DNA of 64,000 nucleotides from Patescibacteria group bacterium (lineage in GTDB: Bacteria > Patescibacteriota > Patescibacteriia > UBA11705 > DATKZF01), in assembly GCA_049319825.1 (NCBI GenBank), contig JBMORT010000002.1, positions 271,230 through 335,229 of the forward strand, in the 5' to 3' direction. Numbering within the stretch: position 1 is the first letter of the stretch; every line of letters starts with the position of its first letter. Below, in pieces: positions 46,015 through 56,300 of the stretch. The notes below the pieces were generated by a model. That model made no database searches, was not told the origin of the DNA, and was given only the letters and a program-made list of their open reading frames with translations. The position numbers and the translations under genes are program-made.

Positions 46015-47187
46015 ATGCGAGTTTATTTTGATAATGCCGCCACCACCCCGGTCGATTCGGAGGTGATGAAATCAATGCTGCCGTTTTTTTCGGAGAAATT
46101 CGGCAATCCGTCTTCGGTCCACTCGTTTGGCCAGGAAGCGGAAGCAGCGCTATCAGAATCGAGAGATAAAATTGCCAAGGTATTGGGGGCGAAATCCAAG
46201 GAAATTATTTTTACTTCCGGCGCCACCGAAAGCAATAATCTGGCCATACTGGGTGTTGCCGAATACTTTGCCCGGAAAAAACCGCATTTTATAACCTCGA
46301 AAATCGAGCATCCGGCCGTGCTGGAAACATTCAAAGAATTAAAAAAGCGAGGCTTTGATGTCGATTTTATCAATGTTACCCCTGAAGGTTTGGTGCGGAT
46401 CGATGAGATTGAGAAAAAAATCAAAAAAAATACTGTGCTGGTTTCCGTGATGCTGGCCAATAATGAAATTGGCACGCTGCAGCCGGTACGGGAGATCGCG
46501 CCACTGATCGAGGCTGTTAGAAAAAAAAGAACGGCTAAAGACCTGCCGCTTTATTTGCACACCGACGCCGCTCAGGCATTCAATTACATCCCTTGCAGCG
46601 TTGATTATTTGGGCGTCGACTTGCTAACCATATCCGGCCAGAAAATTTTCGGTCCCAAGGGCATTGGTTGTTTGTATGTCCGGGAATCGGTAAAGATCAA
46701 GCCGATCGCCTTTGGCGGACATCAGGAACACGGTCTCCGTCCGGGCACCATTAATGTTCCGCTGATAGTGGGTTTGGGCAAGGCCATGGAACTGGCCGAT
46801 CGGGATCGCGCGTCAAATATCAAAAAAGTTAAAAAGCTACAGGATAAAATTTGGTCGGAGATTCAAAAAATCAAGGATGTCAGATTAAACGGCGATTGGC
46901 AGCAGCGTCTACCTAATAATTTGAATGTCAGTTTTAAAAATGCCGAAGGTGAAAGTATTTTAATGATGCTGGACATGGAAGGTTTTGCCGTTTCCACCGG
47001 ATCGGCCTGCTCTTCCGGGTCGCTTGAGCCATCGCATGTGTTAACGGCGATCGGCGTTAAACCGCAGTGGACGCATGGCAGTGTTCGAATATCTCTGGGC
47101 AAATACAACACCGAGGTGGAAGCCAAACAATTCCTTAACGTCCTGCCGAAAATAATCGAGCGCTTGCGCAAGATGGCGCCCAAGTGA
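46015..47187 (+). CDS. iscS: Cysteine desulfurase (NifS/IscS family, PLP-dependent)
   Basis: Motifs NNEIGTLQP, HTDAAQA, SGQKIFGPKG (PLP Lys) and active-site GSACSSGS. Confidence 0.9.
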   Translation: MRVYFDNAATTPVDSEVMKSMLPFFSEKFGNPSSVHSFGQEAEAALSESRDKIAKVLGAKSKEIIFTSGATESNNLAILGVAEYFARKKPHFITSKIEHPAVLETFKELKKRGFDVDFINVTPEGLVRIDEIEKKIKKNTVLVSVMLANNEIGTLQPVREIAPLIEAVRKKRTAKDLPLYLHTDAAQAFNYIPCSVDYLGVDLLTISGQKIFGPKGIGCLYVRESVKIKPIAFGGHQEHGLRPGTINVPLIVGLGKAMELADRDRASNIKKVKKLQDKIWSEIQKIKDVRLNGDWQQRLPNNLNVSFKNAEGESILMMLDMEGFAVSTGSACSSGSLEPSHVLTAIGVKPQWTHGSVRISLGKYNTEVEAKQFLNVLPKIIERLRKMAPK

Positions 47188-47356
47188 TGGTCGGCGAAGA
47201 TAGCTGCAGCTTCGCAAAGCGATCGGGATCGAGTCGAAGGTCGGGGGCCGATTAAAAAGTAACACAGCCTCTAAATTAAAAATCCCGCGGCGCGGGGCAC
47301 CAACTTTTACTAGATTATTTTTCGTTGAATTTAATTGATCAGCATTGAATATAAAA

Positions 47357-47385
47357 GCAGAGCCGACCGCTCTGTTTTTTCATGG
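47357..47385 (+). terminator. Terminator after iscS
   Basis: cagagc-cgaccg-ctctg followed by tttttt. Confidence 0.5.
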
Positions 47386-47391
47386 GGTTGA

Positions 47392-48549
47392 TTATTTCTT
47401 CCATGACGAAGTCACGGCGTTTGATTGAGGCAATGTGCTGGTTTGCCTGGAAATATTGACTAATATTCCGAATGCCGCCATACCGATCGCCAGCGCCGTG
47501 CCGCCATGGCTGACAAATGGCAGCGGGACGCCGGTCAATGGCGCGAGCCCGATCATGGCGCAGATATTGACAAAGGCCTGAACGATAAACCAGCTGCCGA
47601 TGCCGATGGCCAGCAGCCGGCCGAATTTATCCGGGCAATTGTTGGCGATTTTTAATATTTTGAAAAAAAATAAAATGAATAATGCGATCAGCATTACGGC
47701 AAACAGAAAACCGAGTTCTTCGCAGATGATGGCGTAAATCGAATCACCGGTAACTTCGGGCAGATACTGAAATTTTTGTCTGGAGTGGCCAAATCCTCGG
47801 CCAAAAAGTCCGCCCGAACCGATCGCCAAAAATGCCTGGTTGATGTGGTAGCCGATCCCCTGAGGATCCAGCTCCGGATATAAAAAAGTCATCAGCCGCG
47901 CCGTGCGATATGGCGATAGTTTTATCATCAGTAAGAGCAACCCGGCTCCGCCGATGCCGATGGTGGCGATGTGAGTGAGTTTGGCGCCCGATGCAAAAAA
48001 TACGATCAGCGATGAAGCCAAGATGATAATCATCGTGCCGGTATCCGGCTGCAAGGCCATCAACACGCATACCAATGAGGTGATGAATAAGAACGGCAGC
48101 AGACCGCTGGACCAGTTTTTGATGTCTTTATCCTGGCGTTTGGCCAGCCAGATTGACAAATACATTAGGAAAGTCAGCTTCACCAGCTCCGACGGCTGAA
48201 AAGACAGCGGTCCGAGGTTGATCCAGCTGCGCGCGCCCCCGTATTCGGCGCCGATCCCCGGCAGAAATACGCTGATCAGCAGGATGAGTGAAATAATGAA
48301 AAAAGCAAAAATGAATTTTTTCCATTTTTGATAATTCACCAATGAAAAAATAAGCAAAAATATAATTCCGGGCAATAAACCATGGACCAATTGTTGTTTT
48401 ATAAAATGATAGCTGTCCCCGAACCGATCAAAGCCTACGGCCGAGCTAGCTGATGTTAAAACGATCAAGCCGAACGCCAAAATCAGTCCGAAGAGCGCGA
48501 TCAGAATTATATCCGGGCGATGATAGATGGTTTTGGCTTTAGTGATCAT
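47392..48549 (-). CDS. ftsW: SEDS-family peptidoglycan glycosyltransferase FtsW/RodA
   Basis: 10-TM SEDS protein. Motifs LPEVTGDSIYAIICEELG and PLPFVSHGGTAL. Confidence 0.85.
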   Translation of the reverse strand: MITKAKTIYHRPDIILIALFGLILAFGLIVLTSASSAVGFDRFGDSYHFIKQQLVHGLLPGIIFLLIFSLVNYQKWKKFIFAFFIISLILLISVFLPGIGAEYGGARSWINLGPLSFQPSELVKLTFLMYLSIWLAKRQDKDIKNWSSGLLPFLFITSLVCVLMALQPDTGTMIIILASSLIVFFASGAKLTHIATIGIGGAGLLLLMIKLSPYRTARLMTFLYPELDPQGIGYHINQAFLAIGSGGLFGRGFGHSRQKFQYLPEVTGDSIYAIICEELGFLFAVMLIALFILFFFKILKIANNCPDKFGRLLAIGIGSWFIVQAFVNICAMIGLAPLTGVPLPFVSHGGTALAIGMAAFGILVNISRQTSTLPQSNAVTSSWKK

Positions 48550-48660
48550 TGGTTTGGTGAAAAGCGAGCTTCGAAATTAGAAAGTAAAAATTTTTAAAAT
48601 TGGACATCGATTGCCCATTTAAATAATGTGAATGTCCGTCAGTTATCTCATTTTTTATTT

Positions 48661-50079
48661 TTATCTGATTTCATCCGTATCCCGTTTTGTCGAAGCGTGC
48701 CGACCCCATAACACCTGGCCCCAGCGAGTTTCAATTTTTTGCCCGGCGTTCGACTTCACGTTTTTTCTGATTTTTTTTACCGCTTGTTTGAATTTGTCTC
48801 CTCGATCGAATTCGTTTTTGAATAAGCCAAAGCTGGCAAACCCCGGAGAAAAAAGTATCACATCTCCCGATTCGCTGGTTTCAAAGGCGTCGCCCACGCA
48901 TTTGGTCAAATTGTCGTAAACGTCTGCCGGCTCGCCGCCAAAAGACTCGATGCTTTTTTTGAATTCGGCAGTAGCCGTGCCCTGGAGCAAAAAGATCGCT
49001 TTGGCTTTGGTGGCCGCGTCTTTGGCCGCTTGCTTCGAGTCGAGCTTTTTATCGTTGCCGCCGGCGATTAAAATTATGGGAAAATCATCAAAGGCTTTGA
49101 GCGCCGCCTGCAGCGCCACCGGCGTGGTGCTGGTGGTGTCGTTGACAAATAAAACACCGTCGATTTCCGCGATCGGTTCGAGCCGATTTTCCACTCCTCG
49201 GAAATTTTCGCATACCCGACGCGCTTTTTTTTCGTCCAGGTCGAAAATTTTAGCGACTTTTAGCGCTGCCGCCACGTTTTCTTTATTGTGCTCGCCCAGT
49301 AGCTTTAGATCCCAATCCGCCGGAATGTCATCGGCCTCAAACCAGTAAACGGAAGATCTGGCTTCTTGGCCCATCTTTTTTGTTTCGGCGTTTTTACCGT
49401 TCAATATTAGATGGTCGGATTTTTTTTGAAATTCATAAATGTTTTTTTTATCCGCAATGTATTCTTCCATGTCTTTATAGCGGTTAAGGTGGTCAGGGTA
49501 AATATTGGTTACCACGGCAATGTGCGGGCTGATTTTATCCGCCCCAAAGCCTTGAAGCTGCCAGCTTGATAATTCTAATACCACAAGGTCGTCCTTTGTT
49601 ATTTTATCAATCAGCGGAAGAGTGGCGCTTCCCTGTATATTTCCTGCCAGATAGACTTTTTTTCCTGTTAATTTTAATATCTCGGCAATCAAAGTTGTGG
49701 TGGTGGTTTTGCCCCTGGTTCCGGTAATGCCAATGATCGGGCAGGGGCAATATTTGGCAAATAAAGATTCATCCATTTCGATTTCGACGCCGGCGTCCTT
49801 GGCGATTTTTAAAAATTCCGAGTCTTTTGGCACATCAGCATTTCGTAAAATGAGGTCAGCATTCTTAAAATCCTTAGGATCATGTTTTCCTAGCGTATAC
49901 GTAATTTTATAATTTTTAAGCTGATCAAGCGAGACGGTCAGTTCTTTTTTTGTTTTTAAATCCGTGACGGTTACGTCTGCCCCATGATCAATAAAAAATT
50001 TCGTATCGAGCAGTCCGCGGCCGAGCAGACCTAGACCCATGATGGTCACTTTTTTGTTGTTAAAGTTTGGAAAATTCAT
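48661..50079 (-). CDS. murD: UDP-N-acetylmuramoyl-L-alanine-D-glutamate ligase MurD
   Basis: N-terminal KVTIMGLGLLGRG. ATP-binding GITGTRGKTTTTTLIAEIL. Sits between mraY and ftsW. Confidence 0.85.
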   Translation of the reverse strand: MNFPNFNNKKVTIMGLGLLGRGLLDTKFFIDHGADVTVTDLKTKKELTVSLDQLKNYKITYTLGKHDPKDFKNADLILRNADVPKDSEFLKIAKDAGVEIEMDESLFAKYCPCPIIGITGTRGKTTTTTLIAEILKLTGKKVYLAGNIQGSATLPLIDKITKDDLVVLELSSWQLQGFGADKISPHIAVVTNIYPDHLNRYKDMEEYIADKKNIYEFQKKSDHLILNGKNAETKKMGQEARSSVYWFEADDIPADWDLKLLGEHNKENVAAALKVAKIFDLDEKKARRVCENFRGVENRLEPIAEIDGVLFVNDTTSTTPVALQAALKAFDDFPIILIAGGNDKKLDSKQAAKDAATKAKAIFLLQGTATAEFKKSIESFGGEPADVYDNLTKCVGDAFETSESGDVILFSPGFASFGLFKNEFDRGDKFKQAVKKIRKNVKSNAGQKIETRWGQVLWGRHASTKRDTDEIR

Positions 50080-50171
50080 ATTTATCTTAAAAATGAAAAA
50101 TTTCGTGGCTACCTTTGGGAGTTTTTTTATGTTTGCCTGAAGGCACTGCTTTTTACTTGATTGAATTTAAG

Positions 50172-51221
50172 TTAATACCAGCCTTTATCCAGCAGCGCTA
50201 AAATAATGCCGATCACCGCGGCGACACCGGAAACCACCCAGAACCGCATGACGATTTTCGGCTCTGACCAGCCGATCGCCTGAAAGTGATGATGAATCGG
50301 CGTCGATTGAAATATTTTTTTCTTACGGAATTTTTTGGAAATCAATTGAATAATTACCGACAATGATTCAATCAGCGGCACGATTAATATTACCAGCAGT
50401 AGCAAAGCGGTATTGGTCAGCATCGCCACGATAGCTAAAGTCACTCCCAAGGCCATGGCTCCGGTGTCTCCCATGAAAAATCTGGCCGGATTGATGTTAA
50501 ACCATAAAAACGCCAGTGTCGCTCCGGCGATGATGCCGCAAAATGCGGCCAGCTCGAATTTGCCCTGAGTAAAGGCGATTGCCCCGAACGCGCCGAACGC
50601 GATAGCCAAAACGCCGCCGGCCAGTCCGTCGAGCCCGTCGGTTTCGTTGATGGAAAAAGCGGTCGCCACCACCACGAAAATAAAAATCGGGATGTACCAC
50701 CAGCCGACATTGAAGTTATCCAAAAACGGAATATGAAACACATCCCAATCGAGCTTGAAGTAAAACCAAAACGCTCCAATCAGGGCGATGACCGTGTACA
50801 TTCCGAGTCTCATGCCCATGCTCAGTCCGCCGCCGTGCGGCCCGATTTTTTTTATGTTTAAAAAATCATCGGCTAAACCAAGCAAGGCGCAGGCGATTAA
50901 AGCGCCGAGCGGCAGCAGCGTTTGCGCCCGGGTCAAAATATTCAATTTATCGAAAAAATCAATATCGGTCAGCGTGGACATCAGCCAAAAGAACACGGTG
51001 ATCAAAAGCACCGTTCCCCAGATCAAAATGCCTCCCATTGTCGGCGTGCCGGCCTTTGATTGATGCAGTTTTGAAAAGATCGGTGTTTCCCGGCCATCCC
51101 TGATTGTTTTTCCCAGTTTATATTTGAATAAAAAGTGGCTTAGCAGCGGTGTCCAAAGTATGGCGATAATAAAAGTTAAAGTGGATAAAAGGGCGATTTT
51201 AAATACTAATGCGGTTTCCAT
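50172..51221 (-). CDS. mraY: Phospho-N-acetylmuramoyl-pentapeptide transferase MraY
   Basis: Motifs GLADDFLNIKK and NINPARFFMGDTGAMALG. Ten TM helices. Confidence 0.9.
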   Translation of the reverse strand: METALVFKIALLSTLTFIIAILWTPLLSHFLFKYKLGKTIRDGRETPIFSKLHQSKAGTPTMGGILIWGTVLLITVFFWLMSTLTDIDFFDKLNILTRAQTLLPLGALIACALLGLADDFLNIKKIGPHGGGLSMGMRLGMYTVIALIGAFWFYFKLDWDVFHIPFLDNFNVGWWYIPIFIFVVVATAFSINETDGLDGLAGGVLAIAFGAFGAIAFTQGKFELAAFCGIIAGATLAFLWFNINPARFFMGDTGAMALGVTLAIVAMLTNTALLLLVILIVPLIESLSVIIQLISKKFRKKKIFQSTPIHHHFQAIGWSEPKIVMRFWVVSGVAAVIGIILALLDKGWY

Positions 51222-51227
51222 AATTTT

Positions 51228-51626
51228 TTAAATGTTGATTAAAATCATCAAAATGACTGATATCAGCAGGAATATTTGGACCATGGCCGCGGAGACTATT
51301 AAAAAGTAACTGGCCAGTATTTTCAGACTGTAAAAATAAATGGCTAGGATAAAGTTAAAAATCAATATCGCCATTCCCAGCGCCGGCATGATAAAGCCTT
51401 GATACCATTGGCCGAAAAGGTCAATGCCCCAGTAAATGTTGTAGTGGAGCGGCAGGGTCAGTTTCTCTGGATTGGACAGCGCGATCGCCCGAAATTTTAT
51501 AATCAAAAGCAGCCAGATGCCGATGTTCAGGCCAAGCGCCAGAAAGAGGCTGATTAGTATGAGCTTGTTTTTCCTGGCCGGGCTGGTCTTAAGATTTTCG
51601 AATAATTGGTGGAAAAAGGCGAGCAT
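51228..51626 (-). CDS. Hypothetical small integral membrane protein (4 TM), upstream of mraY
   Basis: ORF and hydrophobicity only. Confidence 0.4.
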   Translation of the reverse strand: MLAFFHQLFENLKTSPARKNKLILISLFLALGLNIGIWLLLIIKFRAIALSNPEKLTLPLHYNIYWGIDLFGQWYQGFIMPALGMAILIFNFILAIYFYSLKILASYFLIVSAAMVQIFLLISVILMILINI

Positions 51627-51738
51627 GCGTTTTTTATTATTCTAAAATGAATATTATCACGAATTTTGAGATATTTAAAGTGCGCAATCTTGATTTTTTT
51701 GTGATTTTTTGGTATAATCGAGGTAATTAAATATATAA

Positions 51739-53157
51739 ATGATCAAAAATATGACTTACGAAGCGTTCCATAAAATACGTGATGATCAAGAACAGAAAAA
51801 GAGGTCGATCAAGCCGACAGCCAAGCTGTCGTCGGCTCGGGTACCTATGCCCAAGGTTTCGGCGCAACACGCGGAACTTTTAAATCCGGAAATCGTGCTT
51901 GATCCCGACGAGCTAAAAACTTTTTTGGAGGTATTGCCGCCCCCGATACCGGCCGCGAAAAAAGAAATGGAAATTCCGCCTATCCCCGCGGAAGCGAAAA
52001 AAACAATAACCGAAAAGCCAGCGGCTAAAGATCAAATATTGGAGCAGTACCGTCGATATGTGCGCCAAAGGCAAGAGGCGCACCAGCAACTGGACAAGCG
52101 GTTCAATTGTCCGCTGTTGCCGGAGCGCTCGAGTTTTCGCGGCGAAGGCTTCGTGGCGGTTGATGATCAGAGAGTGATGCAACTTGAATATTCTGGATTT
52201 ACGATGGAAAAAAAACCCGATGCCGGTCATCAATTCAATCAGGATTGCGCGCTGAGTGATCCGCGATCAAGAATCGTGGCGGTGTTTGACGGCGCCGGCG
52301 GCGCGAAAAATTCAGAAAGAGCCTCGCGGCTGACAGCCGAAGTGTTTCATAACCAATTTAAAGATGAAAAATTTCAATATTTTGAATCAGCTGAAGAGTT
52401 TGACGCGTTTCGAGCGGATTATGAAAAAAGAGTTCGCGCGGCCTTGCTTGAAGCCAACAGGCAAATTCTCAGCAAAGCCAAAGAATCAGCCACGACCATT
52501 GCTTTTTCACAGGTAGTGGGAGCAAGCGACGGTAAAATAAAGCTAGCTGTGGCCACGGTTGGCGATAGCCCGATTTACGTGATGAGCGGCCGGACCGGCA
52601 AAATCACCAAAATAAACGAAGATCATAACCTATTGACTCAGCTTAAAAATATTCCTCAGGAATTCCACAATAAAATCGCCATGGATTTGGCAGCCAGAAA
52701 CAGCAGCGTCGCCGCTGTCCGGCAAAAGGTCGGCGATGCCGGTTTCGTCGATTTGATGGACAAGCTGATCGGCGCGGAAAGCGCGGCTCAGGTTTATGGC
52801 AGCGGCCTAGAAAAAAAATACCCGGAATTGACCAGAGATGAGGTGATGACCGTATTCTTGGCCCTTAATAACCGAATCACCAGAGCGGTCGGCGATCCCA
52901 AATTAACCAAGGAGCAAGTGGACATAAATTGGGTGGAGTTGGCGGATGGCGATTCAATACTGGCCGCTTCCGACGCAGTTTTCGATAATGCCACCGTCGC
53001 TCAGCTGGAAAGGATTCTTAAAGGCGATATTAACAATTTAGATAAATTAAATGCACAACTGCTCAAAGCATTCGTCAATAAAGGATTATATGAGAAAGGT
53101 TTGGTTAAACCGGATGATTTGACAGAATGCGCGCTGAAAGTGAGTTTAGCCAAATAA
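51739..53157 (+). CDS. PP2C-family Ser/Thr phosphatase-like protein with Pro/Lys-rich N-terminal region
   Basis: VAVFDGAGGA (compare PP2C DGHGG), ATVGDSPIYVM and DGDSILAASDAVFDN (compare LASDGLWD). Confidence 0.5.
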   Translation: MIKNMTYEAFHKIRDDQEQKKRSIKPTAKLSSARVPMPKVSAQHAELLNPEIVLDPDELKTFLEVLPPPIPAAKKEMEIPPIPAEAKKTITEKPAAKDQILEQYRRYVRQRQEAHQQLDKRFNCPLLPERSSFRGEGFVAVDDQRVMQLEYSGFTMEKKPDAGHQFNQDCALSDPRSRIVAVFDGAGGAKNSERASRLTAEVFHNQFKDEKFQYFESAEEFDAFRADYEKRVRAALLEANRQILSKAKESATTIAFSQVVGASDGKIKLAVATVGDSPIYVMSGRTGKITKINEDHNLLTQLKNIPQEFHNKIAMDLAARNSSVAAVRQKVGDAGFVDLMDKLIGAESAAQVYGSGLEKKYPELTRDEVMTVFLALNNRITRAVGDPKLTKEQVDINWVELADGDSILAASDAVFDNATVAQLERILKGDINNLDKLNAQLLKAFVNKGLYEKGLVKPDDLTECALKVSLAK

Positions 53158-53205
53158 ACGATATTAAAAAAGAGAGTGAAAGTTTTCGCCCTCTTTTTTT
53201 ACCGA

Positions 53206-53583
53206 TTAAATTTTGTCAGCGTGGCTGTGAAAGATCAGTAGTTTAAATAATACCGTCAAGTTTTCCTGCTGGCTTCCGGTCGTCTGGCGATGCAAGTCAG
53301 AGACGGCAGTGGCCAGATAAGGAAATTGTTCCAGCAAATGATCGACAGCGGCATCGAAGTCAATATCGCCCTCATTAAGCGCTCGGACCTTTGGATGGTC
53401 CTCTCTGCAGGCGACGAACGAATCGTCGATCAGGATGTTTCCGAGCAGCATGATGAGCAGAAATCGATCCATAATGCCCAGCTGGGCATGCTGATCGATG
53501 AATGATTGAATAAATCCGGTGACGATCGGATTTAGAGCGATCCATTCTCGCGCTCTTTTGGGGATGATGGCCATGGCGATCAT
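53206..53583 (-). CDS. Hypothetical protein
   Basis: ORF only. Confidence 0.3.
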   Translation of the reverse strand: MIAMAIIPKRAREWIALNPIVTGFIQSFIDQHAQLGIMDRFLLIMLLGNILIDDSFVACREDHPKVRALNEGDIDFDAAVDHLLEQFPYLATAVSDLHRQTTGSQQENLTVLFKLLIFHSHADKI

Positions 53584-53729
53584 GAAAAAGCTCCTTTCAT
53601 GGTTTTGTGGTCATTGAACTTTACGACTAAATTATTAATTTGTCAAGGAGATAATTTAATTAAGCAATTATTTATCGCGCATGTCAAATCTATTGAATTT
53701 CAGCTTAAGATAAGGTATTTTTGTAATAT

Positions 53730-55034
53730 ATGAATAAAACCTACAAATTGCTTGTTTTAGGGTGCCAGATGAATAAATCGGATGCTGAGAGGATCGAAGC
53801 GGTTTTGCGCAGTCTGGGCTATTCTGAGGCCAAATCCGAAAGAGAAGCGGGTATATTAATGGTCGTGGCCTGTTCTGTGCGGCAAAAAGGCGTGGATCGG
53901 ATTTTTGGCAAGGCACAGGTTTGGAACAGATACAAGCAGAAATGCGAAAGGCGCGAGGCGATCGCCGAGAAGCTTACCATGCTCACCGGTTGCCTCGCTC
54001 TTCATGATAAAAATAAGCTTGAGAAAAAGTTTGATTTTATTTTTGATATAAAAAATTTATGGCAGCTGGAAAAATTTCTTTTTGACAAAGAAACTTTGCC
54101 CAAAGATTATTTAAAAATTATTCCCAAATACCAATCAACTTTTCAGGCGTTCCTGCCGATCATGACCGGCTGCAATAATTTTTGCTCATATTGCATCGTG
54201 CCGTATGTGCGGGGCAGAGAAGTCAGCGTGGATCTTAAAGATGTTTTGGCTCAGGCTGAGGATCTGGCTTGCGCCGGCCGCAAAGAAATCACCTTGCTCG
54301 GCCAGAATGTCAATTCCTACGATCCCAGGGACGCAAGCGAATTTTCACCTGCGAATCCATTTAAAAATAATTTTGCCCGGTTGCTTTGGGAGTTAAACCG
54401 GATTAACGGTCTTGAGCGCCTTCACTTCATGACCTCGCATCCCAAAGACATGTCAGACGACTTGATTCAGGCTTTATCTCTGCCAAAGCTTGTCAATTAT
54501 CTGCACTTGCCCGTTCAATCCGGTTCTGATAATATTTTGTCAGCCATGAATCGGAATTATAAAATCGATGATTATTTAAAAATAATTCAACAGGTGAGAA
54601 AAGTTAAGCCGGGAATCGCCATTGGCACGGATATCATTGTCGGCTTCCCGGGCGAAACCGAGAAAGATTTTCAGGAAACGGTTGATTTATGTAATAAAGT
54701 GAAGTTTGATATCGTCTACGCCGCACAATATTCGCCGCGGCCGCAAACAGCGTCGGCTAAGCTGGAAAATGATGTCTCCGGGGCGGAGAAGAAGCGGCGC
54801 TGGCAGATATTGCAGAATTTAAATGAGCAATATTCTTTTGAGAATAATAAAAAATATTTGAATAAAAAAGTTTCAGTTTTGATCGATACGAAAGTTGAAA
54901 ACAATTTATGGGAAGGCAATAGCCTGGAAATGAAAAGGGTAAGAGTAGCCGGCGATGAGAACTTGATTGGAAAAATCGTGGCGGTTGAGGTGAGGGAAGC
55001 GAAGGAGTGGATATTAATGGGAAATTCCAAATGA
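53730..55034 (+). CDS. miaB: tRNA-2-methylthio-N6-dimethylallyladenosine synthase (radical SAM methylthiotransferase) MiaB
   Basis: N-terminal MTTase GCQMNKSDAERIEAVL. Radical SAM CNNFCSYCIVPYVRG. C-terminal TRAM domain. Confidence 0.85.
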   Translation: MNKTYKLLVLGCQMNKSDAERIEAVLRSLGYSEAKSEREAGILMVVACSVRQKGVDRIFGKAQVWNRYKQKCERREAIAEKLTMLTGCLALHDKNKLEKKFDFIFDIKNLWQLEKFLFDKETLPKDYLKIIPKYQSTFQAFLPIMTGCNNFCSYCIVPYVRGREVSVDLKDVLAQAEDLACAGRKEITLLGQNVNSYDPRDASEFSPANPFKNNFARLLWELNRINGLERLHFMTSHPKDMSDDLIQALSLPKLVNYLHLPVQSGSDNILSAMNRNYKIDDYLKIIQQVRKVKPGIAIGTDIIVGFPGETEKDFQETVDLCNKVKFDIVYAAQYSPRPQTASAKLENDVSGAEKKRRWQILQNLNEQYSFENNKKYLNKKVSVLIDTKVENNLWEGNSLEMKRVRVAGDENLIGKIVAVEVREAKEWILMGNSK

Positions 55035-55100
55035 CAAATTACAATAATCAAAATCCCAAACGTTTGTTATTTGATATTTGGAGCTTGTAATTTGTTTTTT

Positions 55101-56030
55101 ATGAAAAAACGCAAAGTCATAATCGTTTTGGGCCCCACCGGTTCTGGGAAATCATCTCTTGCTTTAAAAGTCGCCAAAGAGCATGATGGTTTTTTAATTG
55201 CCGCTGATTCGCGCCAGATTTATAAATTTATGGACATCGGCACGAATAAAGATCGCGGTCAGTGGCGCGAAGACGGATTTTATGTGGATGGCATTCGGGA
55301 ATACGGAGTTGATATCATTGATCCCAAGCAAGACTTTACAGTCGCTGATTGGCTCAGGGAAGTCGATCGGGTAATCGCCGAGAATCCGGATAAGCTGCCG
55401 ATCATCGTCGGCGGCACCGGTCTTTATATCAGCGCCTTGACGCAGGGGTTTGAATTGGCGCCGGAGACTTCCAAAAAGCTTCGGGAAAAATTAAATAAGA
55501 AATTTGATAAAAAGGGTCTGGAATACCTGGTTAAAAAATTGTTAAAAATAGATCCGCAGGCCGGAGAATTTATTGATTTAAAAAATCCACGGAGAGTTTT
55601 GCGCGCGCTTGAAGTCATCATCACCACTAAAAAGCCTTTTTCGGAATATCAAAAAACTGCCAAATCAAGCAAATACCAATTTCTGCAGCTGGGCATGCTG
55701 GTTGAACGAGATCAATTGTATGAAAAAATCAATCAGCGGGTGGATGAAATGATCAAGGTCGGTTTGGTTGACGAAGTCAAAGAGCTCAATGAGAAGGGCT
55801 ATACTTGCGATCTGCCGATAATGAAAAATACGATCGGCTATATGGAGATTTGCGATTTTGTGCAGGGTCGGGCCGGATTAGCTGAAGCAATAGAGAAATT
55901 AAAGCAAAATACGAGAAATTACGCCAAGCGCCAATATACGTGGTTTATGCGCGATAAATCAATCAAGTGGGTGAAAGATTTCGATGAAGCAAATAAATGT
56001 GTTCAGCAATTTTTACATAATAGTAAATAG
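55101..56030 (+). CDS. miaA: tRNA dimethylallyltransferase MiaA
   Basis: P-loop VIIVLGPTGSGKSSLAL. ADSRQIYKFMDIGTNK. Start taken at ATG 55101 (MKKRKVII); the ORF track gives 55071. Confidence 0.85.
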   Translation: MKKRKVIIVLGPTGSGKSSLALKVAKEHDGFLIAADSRQIYKFMDIGTNKDRGQWREDGFYVDGIREYGVDIIDPKQDFTVADWLREVDRVIAENPDKLPIIVGGTGLYISALTQGFELAPETSKKLREKLNKKFDKKGLEYLVKKLLKIDPQAGEFIDLKNPRRVLRALEVIITTKKPFSEYQKTAKSSKYQFLQLGMLVERDQLYEKINQRVDEMIKVGLVDEVKELNEKGYTCDLPIMKNTIGYMEICDFVQGRAGLAEAIEKLKQNTRNYAKRQYTWFMRDKSIKWVKDFDEANKCVQQFLHNSK

Positions 56031-56140
56031 CAAAGAGAAAATAGTAAAATAACAAAATAAAAATAAAAGAAATTATTCGAATCGCTCTCGTATTTATTTA
56101 CTATTTATTCTGCATCTTTACTATTTACTATTTTCTCTTT
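56031..56140. repeat. 17-bp inverted repeat (aaagagaaaatagtaaa / tttactattttctcttt) flanking a 70-bp AT-rich spacer. Also local direct repeats tttactattt.
   Basis: 56031-56048 versus the reverse complement of 56118-56137, 17 of 18 identical. Lies between miaA and the GC-rich Cys-rich lipoprotein gene. Confidence 0.6.
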
Positions 56141-56231
56141 ACTTTCTAAAATAATTGGCATTTTGTATGTTTTAAAGGTGAGCTTTTTGCTCATTTTTTA
56201 TTTAATTTAAGATAAAAAACAAGGAAAAATA

Positions 56232-56260
56232 TTGATTTTTTTGTCAATATATGTTATAAT
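56232..56260 (+). promoter_or_regulatory. Sigma70 promoter TTGATT-17-TATAAT upstream of the Cys-rich lipoprotein
   Basis: ttgatttttttgtcaatatatgttataat. Confidence 0.5.
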
Positions 56261-56300
56261 ATAATGATATTTTCGAAAACAACGGAAAAGGAAGGAAAGC